Of a DNA stretch of 55,533 nucleotides, positions 27,313 through 35,024 are shown one piece after another (position 1 is the first letter of the stretch; each line of letters starts with the position of its first letter). The notes under the pieces are model-generated. The model was not told the DNA's origin, ran no database searches, and saw only the letters and a program-made list of their open reading frames with translations. The stretch lies in NCBI GenBank assembly GCA_964582295.1, contig CAZOQP010000003.1, forward strand, positions 1 through 55,533. Direction: 5' to 3'. Source of the DNA: an uncultured Candidatus Saccharibacteria bacterium. GTDB lineage: Bacteria; Patescibacteriota; Minisyncoccia; Phycocordibacterales; Zambryskibacteraceae. The position numbers and the translations under genes are program-made.

Positions 27313-28173
27313 TCAGAGTTTGTTGAAAAGTTTTAATTTGGCCGTCACGAGCTTTTTCATTTCTTCCACCCCCTCTGCCATGAATTTATACGGCGCGAGC
27401 TCGTCTGAACTCATGCCTTTTTCTATGCCTTTTTTATAAGCCATTCTCAACTCTGTGTTTATGTGAACGATACAGATACCGGCATCTATTGCAGCCACAA
27501 CATCTTCGTCACTATTGCCCGATGCTCCGTGAAGCACCAATGGCACACTCACCGCCCCAGAAATCTCCTTTATGCGGGCAATATTCAGTTTCGGCTCACC
27601 TGTAGAGACTAATCCATGAATATTTCCGACCGATGGCGCGAAAAGATCCACACATGTTTCCTCCACGAATTTCTGCGCATCTTCTACAGTCGTCTGGGTT
27701 TTTTCCGAAACCCCGTCCGGTATCTCATCCCTTATGAGAGAACCGGAGCCGATAAAACCCAATTCTCCTTCCACTAAAATTTCTAACCCGCCAGCTGGTG
27801 GGTGTTCTTTCGCATACTTCACAACTTCCTTTGTCATCATTACGTTCTCTGAAAATGGTTTTTCCGCGCCATCTATGATTACCGCATCAAACTTGTTATC
27901 AATAGCTTCCCGCGATGCTTCCACAGAATAAGTGTGATCGGCATTTAAAAACACCGGTAAACCTTTTTCCTTGACCGTCATTACCAGAGCCCTTATTTCC
28001 GCAACACCGAGGAAGCTTCTCTCCTTTTCCGAAACCCCGATTATGACCGGCACACCTAGCTCAGTCGCGCTTTCTACCACCGCCTTGAAACCCTCTGAAT
28101 CCGAAACATTAAAATGCCCTATGGCCACCTTTTTCTCCCCTGCCTCCGCAATAGCTTCCCTTAATGTTTTCAT
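27313..28173 (-). CDS. fba: Class II fructose-bisphosphate aldolase
   Basis: LNADH, VEGELG, VGNIHG, LVLHGASG, INTELR. Confidence 0.93.
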   Translation of the reverse strand: MKTLREAIAEAGEKKVAIGHFNVSDSEGFKAVVESATELGVPVIIGVSEKERSFLGVAEIRALVMTVKEKGLPVFLNADHTYSVEASREAIDNKFDAVIIDGAEKPFSENVMMTKEVVKYAKEHPPAGGLEILVEGELGFIGSGSLIRDEIPDGVSEKTQTTVEDAQKFVEETCVDLFAPSVGNIHGLVSTGEPKLNIARIKEISGAVSVPLVLHGASGNSDEDVVAAIDAGICIVHINTELRMAYKKGIEKGMSSDELAPYKFMAEGVEEMKKLVTAKLKLFNKL

Positions 28174-28213
28174 TTCCACTTATTTTATCACGTCTAACTG
28201 CTATAATTCCGGT

Positions 28214-29215
28214 ATGTCCTTTCTCAAAAAGTCCTTTGATTTTGTAGCTATTGGCGACATAACAACGGACGCATTCATCCGCCTCAAGGAAGCGAATGTT
28301 AACTGCGATATAAACGAAGAACACTGCACTATTTCTATGAAATTCGGGGACAAAATACCCTACGAATCCGTGACGGTAGTGAGTGCTGTTGGAAATGCCC
28401 CAAATGCATCGGTCGCAGCAGCACGGCTCGGCATTCCATCGGCACTGGTTTCCAATATGGGTAATGATGAGAATGGTAAAAAGTGCCTGGATTCTTTGAC
28501 GGAAAATAAGGTTGATACGCGGTTTGTTTCTGTGCATAAGGGAAGGGAAACTAACTATCACTATGCTCTGTGGTATGAACACGACCGCACCATTCTAGTG
28601 AAGCATCAGGAGTATGAGTATCGCTTGCCGGATATAGGCGCACCAAAGTGGATATATCTTTCTTCTCTTGGTGCATCCACACATGAGTATCACAAAGAAA
28701 TATCCGAGTATCTGAAAACTCATCCGGAAGTAAAGCTCGCATTCCAACCCGGCACATTTCAGATATCTCTCGGGACAGAGGTGCTCAAAGATATTTATGC
28801 GCGCACCGAAGTATTTGTTTCAAATATTGAAGAAGCAGAAAGAATATTGAATGTTAAAACTCTCGGAACGACAGAACTTATAAAACACATCCACGGACTG
28901 GGGCCAAAAATAGTAATTCTCACGGACGGCCCGAAAGGTGCCTATGCATCCGACGGCAGTTCTTCTATTTTCATGCCTGTTTATCCTCAAAAACCTGCCT
29001 TTGAGCGCACAGGTGCAGGAGATGCTTTCGCATCTACTTTTGTATCAGCTATGATTCTGGGGAAAGATATTCCAACAGCGCTTCAATGGGCATCCACCAA
29101 CTCAATGTCTGTAGTCCAGGAAATAGGAGCTCAAAAAGGCCTTCTTTCTCAAAAGGAGATAGAAAAATATTTAGCCAAAGCCCCCTCCGATTTCAAAGCA
29201 CAAAAAATAAGCTAG
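28214..29215 (+). CDS. PfkB-family carbohydrate kinase
   Basis: GNAPNASV, NIEEA, TDGPKG, RTGAGDAF; start set at MSFLKK after a TATAAT box. Confidence 0.92.
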   Translation: MSFLKKSFDFVAIGDITTDAFIRLKEANVNCDINEEHCTISMKFGDKIPYESVTVVSAVGNAPNASVAAARLGIPSALVSNMGNDENGKKCLDSLTENKVDTRFVSVHKGRETNYHYALWYEHDRTILVKHQEYEYRLPDIGAPKWIYLSSLGASTHEYHKEISEYLKTHPEVKLAFQPGTFQISLGTEVLKDIYARTEVFVSNIEEAERILNVKTLGTTELIKHIHGLGPKIVILTDGPKGAYASDGSSSIFMPVYPQKPAFERTGAGDAFASTFVSAMILGKDIPTALQWASTNSMSVVQEIGAQKGLLSQKEIEKYLAKAPSDFKAQKIS

Positions 29216-29226
29216 CTCCCCTCAAT

Positions 29227-29260
29227 AACACACCAACATTCTCAAGTATGTTGGTGTGTT
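29227..29260. repeat. Palindromic repeat, possible terminator between convergent genes
   Basis: aacacaccaacat-tctcaagt-atgttggtgtgtt. Confidence 0.75.
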
Positions 29261-29261
29261 G

Positions 29262-30242
29262 CTACCTATTTAAAACTTTCTCTACTGCTGAAATGATATC
29301 TTTTTCGCCCATTCCATAGTGTTCTATAAGTTCTGCGGGTGTTCCGGATTGGCCGAATTTGTCGTTCACACCTACGAATTCTATCGGTACAGGAAAATTC
29401 TTTGCCAATACTTCTGCAACGGCCGAGCCCATTCCTCCGTGTATCTGATGCTCTTCTACTGTTACTATCTTCCCTGATTTTTTGGCGAGAGCGACGACCG
29501 CCTCCTCATCTATCGGCTTTATAGTTGCTAAATTCATAACGGTCACATCAATCCCTTTTTCAGAGAGTGTTTTTGCTGCCAATAATGCTTTGTGTAAAAG
29601 TGCGCCTGTTGCGATTATTCCCGCAACGGGTTTTTTGGGATCCCAAAAAATCTCCGCCCTGCCTATTTCAAAAGGGGTCTTTTCTGTCGTGATAACAGGA
29701 GTCTTTTCACGCGCAAGCCGGATATAAACCGGAGTTTTAGTCTTTGCTGCGGCGATAGTCGCCTTACGCGCTTCTGTAGCATCGCATGGAGAAATGACCG
29801 TCATATTCGGAATGACACGCATAATAGCTATATCTTCAACCGCCTGGTGAGTTCCTCCATCCGGACCGACGGAAATACCAGCATGAGACCCTGCAATCTT
29901 CACTGGCCTGTCGTTGTAAGCGATGGTCGTTCTTATTTGCTCCCAATTGCGGCCGGGAGAAAACATGGCGTACGAAGTGATGAAAGGGATTTTGCCTGCG
30001 GCCGCCATTCCGGATGCAACACCCGCTAAGTTCTGCTCGGCAACACCTATTTCAACGAACCTTTCGGGGAATTTTTCCTTGAAATAAAGCGCTTGTGCAG
30101 ATTCTGTGAGGTCGGCACATAAAACAACTACATTTTTATCCTGCTCCCCCGCTTTGGCCAACCCCTCTCCAAATCCTTTTCGGATAGGAATTTGCTCTAC
30201 GTCGGCATCAAATATTTTTTTGTTTAAGGTTTTATTAATCAT
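29262..30242 (-). CDS. Transketolase, C-terminal subunit
   Basis: GVAEQN, GPDGGTHQ, YIRLAR, VEEH. Confidence 0.93.
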   Translation of the reverse strand: MINKTLNKKIFDADVEQIPIRKGFGEGLAKAGEQDKNVVVLCADLTESAQALYFKEKFPERFVEIGVAEQNLAGVASGMAAAGKIPFITSYAMFSPGRNWEQIRTTIAYNDRPVKIAGSHAGISVGPDGGTHQAVEDIAIMRVIPNMTVISPCDATEARKATIAAAKTKTPVYIRLAREKTPVITTEKTPFEIGRAEIFWDPKKPVAGIIATGALLHKALLAAKTLSEKGIDVTVMNLATIKPIDEEAVVALAKKSGKIVTVEEHQIHGGMGSAVAEVLAKNFPVPIEFVGVNDKFGQSGTPAELIEHYGMGEKDIISAVEKVLNR

Positions 30243-30841
30243 CTATTTGTTCCTGACCATGCATTATCCCACCATTCAGAGGGTCGGGTTGTATATATGA
30301 CCTTTGCTATTCTTTTTGCTGATTCAAGTTTGAGTTTTTTTATCTGGGCTTCGGGTTCGCTACCATCAGGTCCATGTAGCCATGCTTTAGCCTCCTGATT
30401 TCCTTGCCATTCATATTCCCGCAATAATAATATCTGATCTAGTATGTCCGCATCTTTTGCCACAAGTGCTTCCTTACTTTCTCTTTTATGATATTCAGCA
30501 ATTACGTCAGAAAGTTCGGGGTACGGTAAATTATGAAATTGATCTTTGATTATTTCATCTTCAAAAATTTTCACGTATCTCTTATGAACCCAATTATGAT
30601 CACCTGACCGGGATTCAGGTAAGTCATGAAAAAGACACATTAAGAGAACTTTGTATGGATCAGCATTCTCTTCTTTAGCCAAAAGCCATCCCGTCAACGC
30701 TACACGATATGAATGGGAAGCAATATTGTCCGAAGTGTCATCAGTTAAGAGTACTTGCCGATGTATACGTATAAGTTTCCTCAATGTTCCTATTTCAAAA
30801 AGAAGATTAGCTATTTTTTTTTCTTTGGATATTTCACTCAT
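30239..30841 (-). CDS. HD-domain hydrolase (YfbR/5'-deoxynucleotidase-like)
   Basis: IASHSYRV, LFHDLPESRSGD, KDADILD. Confidence 0.88.
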   Translation of the reverse strand: MSEISKEKKIANLLFEIGTLRKLIRIHRQVLLTDDTSDNIASHSYRVALTGWLLAKEENADPYKVLLMCLFHDLPESRSGDHNWVHKRYVKIFEDEIIKDQFHNLPYPELSDVIAEYHKRESKEALVAKDADILDQILLLREYEWQGNQEAKAWLHGPDGSEPEAQIKKLKLESAKRIAKVIYTTRPSEWWDNAWSGTNR

Positions 30842-30842
30842 A

Positions 30843-31709
30843 TTAATCATTGTGATAGCCGGATATTTTTCCGCCCAATGAGCGAAGTTCCTGAAGAGCT
30901 ATTGTTCCCTCTTCAGGTGAAGGCGGCTTGCCGTGCCAACGGTAATCCCTCTCAAACTCTTTCACTCCTTTACCTGGAATAGTGTGTGCGATTATCATAG
31001 TGGGTTTTTCAAAAATAGCTTTTGCTTCTTCAAGTGCATCATTGATATCTTCAAAATTATGCCCGTCAACCTCAATGACATGCCAGTTCCATGCTTTCCA
31101 TTTATCAGAAAGAGATTCAAGAGGCATGACGTCCTCCGTGAAGCCGCTTATTTGTATATTATTGCGGTCAATAATACCTACAAGATTGTTCAATCTCTCT
31201 TTTCCGGCGAGCATACCAGCTTCCCACGTGGCTCCGCATTGCATCTCCCCATCAGACATCAAACACACTACGCGTGACGCACTTTTATCCATTTTAAGGG
31301 CTAGGGCCATCCCCACCGCCTGGGAAAGACCCGCTCCCAAAGGCCCGGAGGATGTCTCGAGCATTGAAAGATACTCGCGGTGGGGATGGCCCTGCAGACG
31401 AGAGCCGAATTTTCGCAAAGTTTTCAATTCAGACACCGGAAAATATCCTGCATGAGCGAGAGTTGAATAATAAACAGGGCAAATATGGCCGTTTGAAAGC
31501 ACAAGGCGGTCTCTTTCCGGCCACTGGGGATTTTTCGGATCGTGTTTAAGAGCATGAAAAAACAGAAGTGTGAAAATATCCGCCATGCCCAAGGGGCCTG
31601 CCGTGTGGCCGGACTTTGCCTCAACCAGCATTTCAATAATGGACTGACGAATATCATTCGCCTTTACCATCAACTCGCTCTTTTTATTGTCGTCAAGGAG
31701 TCTTTCCAT
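30843..31709 (-). CDS. Transketolase, N-terminal subunit
   Basis: SGHTAG, DRLVLSNGH, LQGHP, SDGEMQCG, HTIPGKG. Confidence 0.93.
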   Translation of the reverse strand: MERLLDDNKKSELMVKANDIRQSIIEMLVEAKSGHTAGPLGMADIFTLLFFHALKHDPKNPQWPERDRLVLSNGHICPVYYSTLAHAGYFPVSELKTLRKFGSRLQGHPHREYLSMLETSSGPLGAGLSQAVGMALALKMDKSASRVVCLMSDGEMQCGATWEAGMLAGKERLNNLVGIIDRNNIQISGFTEDVMPLESLSDKWKAWNWHVIEVDGHNFEDINDALEEAKAIFEKPTMIIAHTIPGKGVKEFERDYRWHGKPPSPEEGTIALQELRSLGGKISGYHND

Positions 31710-31725
31710 TAAGGAAATTATATCA

Positions 31726-32442
31726 CTAGGACACCAGATTTTTCAGATGTTCGTATTCGCCTTCCGGGTCGGACGAGCTCCATATCGCAGAGCCGATTAC
31801 AAGGCGGTTCACTCCAGCTTCAATAAGCGGCTCTACGTATTCCTCTCTTACTCCTCCATCAACGGAAATAACCATTTCAGGAAAAAGTTCCCGGCATTTC
31901 CTGACCTTTTCTATCGTCCCTTGTGCGAACGGCTCCCCTTGCGCCCCTACGTCCTTTATTCCCATGATCTCTATGCAATCCAGATATTCAATGTATTTTT
32001 GTATATCCTCTATCGGAGTTTCAAAACCCACGGCAAGCCCTAGTTCAACCGTCAGTGGCTCCGGCATATTGTATTTATTCTTGAATTCCCTTAAAAAAAC
32101 TTCTCTCTCATTGTTATCTACAAAAGACCCGTAATGAACAATTATTCGTGACGCTCCCGCCGTTACAAAAGTGTCTGCCAGTGCCCGAGGATTTTTAACC
32201 ATCAGGTCAAATTCAAAGGAAACATCTTCCCACTGCGGAAGTGTAGCTTCTTCGTGAACGAGGGCGGCAAGATCTTTATCGGCAAGAGAGAGGAAGGGCC
32301 AGGTTTTCTGCGTCCCATATTCCCCATCAACGATATCCAGCTGTATCCACGGCGCAACTTCTGAAACAGCAGCCACTTTCCTTGTAATATCCTCGTAAGA
32401 GGTTGAAAGAATGGCTGGAATTATTTCAACAGGCCTATGCAT
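31726..32442 (-). CDS. rpe: Ribulose-phosphate 3-epimerase (divergent)
   Basis: IIPAIL, QLDIVDG, DLMV, SVDGGV, VIGSAI. Confidence 0.85.
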   Translation of the reverse strand: MHRPVEIIPAILSTSYEDITRKVAAVSEVAPWIQLDIVDGEYGTQKTWPFLSLADKDLAALVHEEATLPQWEDVSFEFDLMVKNPRALADTFVTAGASRIIVHYGSFVDNNEREVFLREFKNKYNMPEPLTVELGLAVGFETPIEDIQKYIEYLDCIEIMGIKDVGAQGEPFAQGTIEKVRKCRELFPEMVISVDGGVREEYVEPLIEAGVNRLVIGSAIWSSSDPEGEYEHLKNLVS

Positions 32443-32905
32443 TGAAAGTATCTATTTTTGCAATACGCCGAATATGCCTTTCTTCATTAGAAAAAGGGGT
32501 GTTTAGCCACCTCATAACCACTTCTATAGCATCATCTACAGAAACAAAGCGTGCACCGATGGAAAGCACGTTCGCGTCATTATCCTGTCTGGAGAGTGAG
32601 ATGATATCGGCCTCTCCGGCAATAATTGTTGCCGGAGCATAAAAAACAGCTGCCCGGACGTGGGGAAAACGGTTGCAAACCATTGCTTCTCCTTGTCCGG
32701 AACCACCTATGACAATACCTTTTGCTCCCTCGGGATCTTTGTATATCTCCCGGGCCACTTTTGATACGAAATCCGGATAATCGTCATTCTCGTTGTACTC
32801 CTTATCTCCGCAATCGTTCACTTCATGGCCGTTTTCTTGAAGCACAGCCATTATCTTCTCTTTATGAGAAATACCCGCATGGTCACTGGCGATAAAAATA
32901 CGCAT
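32435..32905 (-). CDS. rpiB: Ribose-5-phosphate isomerase B
   Basis: IASDHAG, DDYPD, GGSGQGE, NDANVL, RHIRRI. Confidence 0.92.
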   Translation of the reverse strand: MRIFIASDHAGISHKEKIMAVLQENGHEVNDCGDKEYNENDDYPDFVSKVAREIYKDPEGAKGIVIGGSGQGEAMVCNRFPHVRAAVFYAPATIIAGEADIISLSRQDNDANVLSIGARFVSVDDAIEVVMRWLNTPFSNEERHIRRIAKIDTFNA

Positions 32906-33933
32906 TAGAGATTTTTCCCGGCACCCAGAACATGAAGCATGAGAGTGTGAGCATACCCCATTTCGTTGTCGTACCAGGCAAGGACTTTCACTAGATTGCC
33001 GTCAACGACGCGGGTGAAAGAGAGATCTGCAATAGCTCCGTACGAAGAGCCGACGATATCAGAGGATACGAGTTCCTCTTCTGTGACGGAAAATATTTTG
33101 TTCCACCTTTCGCTTTCAGCAGCTTTTTTAAGTGCCGCATTCACTTCAGGGGCACTTGTCTCTGTTTTGGCAATGAATGTAACGTCAACAATAGAGCCCG
33201 CAATAACGGGTACGCGCATGGAAATACCGTCAAATTTATCCTGGAGCTTCGGAAATGCTTTGGTAACGGCAATAGCCGCACCTGTTGAAGATGGCACAAT
33301 ATTGTGAGCGGCAGCCCGCCCTTCACGAAAACCTTTTTTTGAAGGACTATCCACAAGCGCTTGGGTAGCAGTGTAGCCGTGCACTGTGTTAAGAACCGCT
33401 TTTTCTATACCTATTGCTTCGTCTAATATTGCCATTAGAGGCGATGCCGCATTCGTAGTGCAGGAAGCGTTTGAAGTAATGACGCAGCCGGAAAATTGTT
33501 CCTCATTAACACCCAAAAGAACTGTCGCGCCTGCAACACCCATAGGTTCATCGTTCATTGGTGCCGTTACCACTACTCTTTTAGCTCCGGCATCAAGGTG
33601 CGCTTTTGATTTTTCATAGCTTGTGAAGAGGCCAGTTGATTCCACTACTACATCTATATTCATATCTTTCCACGGGAGGTTCGCTGGCTCTTTTTCCGAA
33701 ATGAAAGCCACCTCTGTTCCATCTATTAAAAGTTTTGCCCTGTCCCCCAAAACAGAGACTGGGAAGGGTGTTTTTCCGTACACAGAATCATACTGCAGAA
33801 GATAAGCGATATTTTCTATGTCGCCTAAATCGTTCACAGCCACCAGCTCTATTTCCTTATGATCGCGGGAAAGTTTTATAAAAGCTCTTCCGATACGGCC
33901 TGCGCCGTTCACAGCTACTCTAATTTTTGCCAT
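32905..33933 (-). CDS. gap: Type I glyceraldehyde-3-phosphate dehydrogenase
   Basis: NGAGRIGR, SNASCTTN, AWYDNE. Confidence 0.96.
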   Translation of the reverse strand: MAKIRVAVNGAGRIGRAFIKLSRDHKEIELVAVNDLGDIENIAYLLQYDSVYGKTPFPVSVLGDRAKLLIDGTEVAFISEKEPANLPWKDMNIDVVVESTGLFTSYEKSKAHLDAGAKRVVVTAPMNDEPMGVAGATVLLGVNEEQFSGCVITSNASCTTNAASPLMAILDEAIGIEKAVLNTVHGYTATQALVDSPSKKGFREGRAAAHNIVPSSTGAAIAVTKAFPKLQDKFDGISMRVPVIAGSIVDVTFIAKTETSAPEVNAALKKAAESERWNKIFSVTEEELVSSDIVGSSYGAIADLSFTRVVDGNLVKVLAWYDNEMGYAHTLMLHVLGAGKNL

Positions 33934-33955
33934 GGATTAATTATAACCTACAAAA

Positions 33956-34972
33956 TTAGGCCACTGTGGGTTCCTCTTTTGTTTCTTTTTTGGCACCACT
34001 CGCATGAGCATCCACCTCGTAGCTCGTATTCTGCTGTTCAAAGAAATTCACGAGCTCAAAGACGTCCGTGGCCGCCGTCATCCATTTGGCGGGGTTAGTA
34101 ACACTGTAGTGTTTGGGAAGGCCGAGTTCTTCCAAGCGCCTGTCCGCCACATATTGCACATATTGGTTCACATAATCGGCATTGAGGCCGAGTATTCCGT
34201 TCGGGAACAGGTCGCGGTTGTATTCCACTTCAAGATCCACTCCTTCTATCACAATGTCACGTATCTCACGGGCAAATTCAGGCGTCAAAAGTTCCGGATT
34301 TTCTTCCAAGATATTCAAGACCAGATTCATTCCGAATTTGAGGTGAAGGGATTCGTCGCGAAGCACCCAGTTGATCATAGAGCCGAAGTTGCGAAGCATG
34401 TTCCTCTGGCGGAAAGAAAGGGCCACCATGAAGCCGGAATAGAACCAAACTCCTTCCATGACTATGTTGGTCGCCACAAGATTGCGCAGGAAATCTTTTT
34501 TACCTTCTACTGATTCAATATCAAGATTATCGTCTGTCATGCGCTTCATGTATTTGGTGATGTAGTCCTCCTTTTTCTGCATGGAAGGCACTTGAAGGTG
34601 GAGATCAAAGATGTGTTCGCGGTTGAACGGGAAAGTTTCAAGTACGTATTCAAAGGCCACGCAGTGATTAGCCTCTTCCCACATCTGTTTTGCCAGATAC
34701 AAGTGACACTCTGGAGATTTAAGATACGGATATATTCCGAGAGCAATAGAGCGGTTCACAATAAGCTCGGCCGGATTGAAAAATGCCATCAGGAATTTCA
34801 CCGCATGCTTTTCATCTTCTGTCATTTTCGCCCAGTCATCCAGGTCTTCCTTGAGAGTGATCTCGTGCGGAAACCAAGTGTTCCTCACGGCCTGCTGATA
34901 AAGATCATACGCCCATTGATAGCGTATGGGATGGAGGCTCATATCGTCCGGGCTGGCTTTTCCGACAAGCAT
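33956..34972 (-). CDS. nrdB: Ribonucleotide reductase beta subunit, class Ic (R2c)-like
   Basis: FFNPAELIV, EEANHCVAF, EGVWFYSGF, RDESLH, NFFEQ. Confidence 0.92.
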   Translation of the reverse strand: MLVGKASPDDMSLHPIRYQWAYDLYQQAVRNTWFPHEITLKEDLDDWAKMTEDEKHAVKFLMAFFNPAELIVNRSIALGIYPYLKSPECHLYLAKQMWEEANHCVAFEYVLETFPFNREHIFDLHLQVPSMQKKEDYITKYMKRMTDDNLDIESVEGKKDFLRNLVATNIVMEGVWFYSGFMVALSFRQRNMLRNFGSMINWVLRDESLHLKFGMNLVLNILEENPELLTPEFAREIRDIVIEGVDLEVEYNRDLFPNGILGLNADYVNQYVQYVADRRLEELGLPKHYSVTNPAKWMTAATDVFELVNFFEQQNTSYEVDAHASGAKKETKEEPTVA

Positions 34973-35024
34973 GGTGAAAAAAGTTAAATATTAAGAAGCG
35001 AACGTATTTTCTATCAAAAAAGAA

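Noticed and set aside
27971-28213. N-terminal extension of the PfkB ORF
   Set aside because: Overlaps fba antisense; a TATAAT box 6 nt before ATG 28214 marks the probable start.
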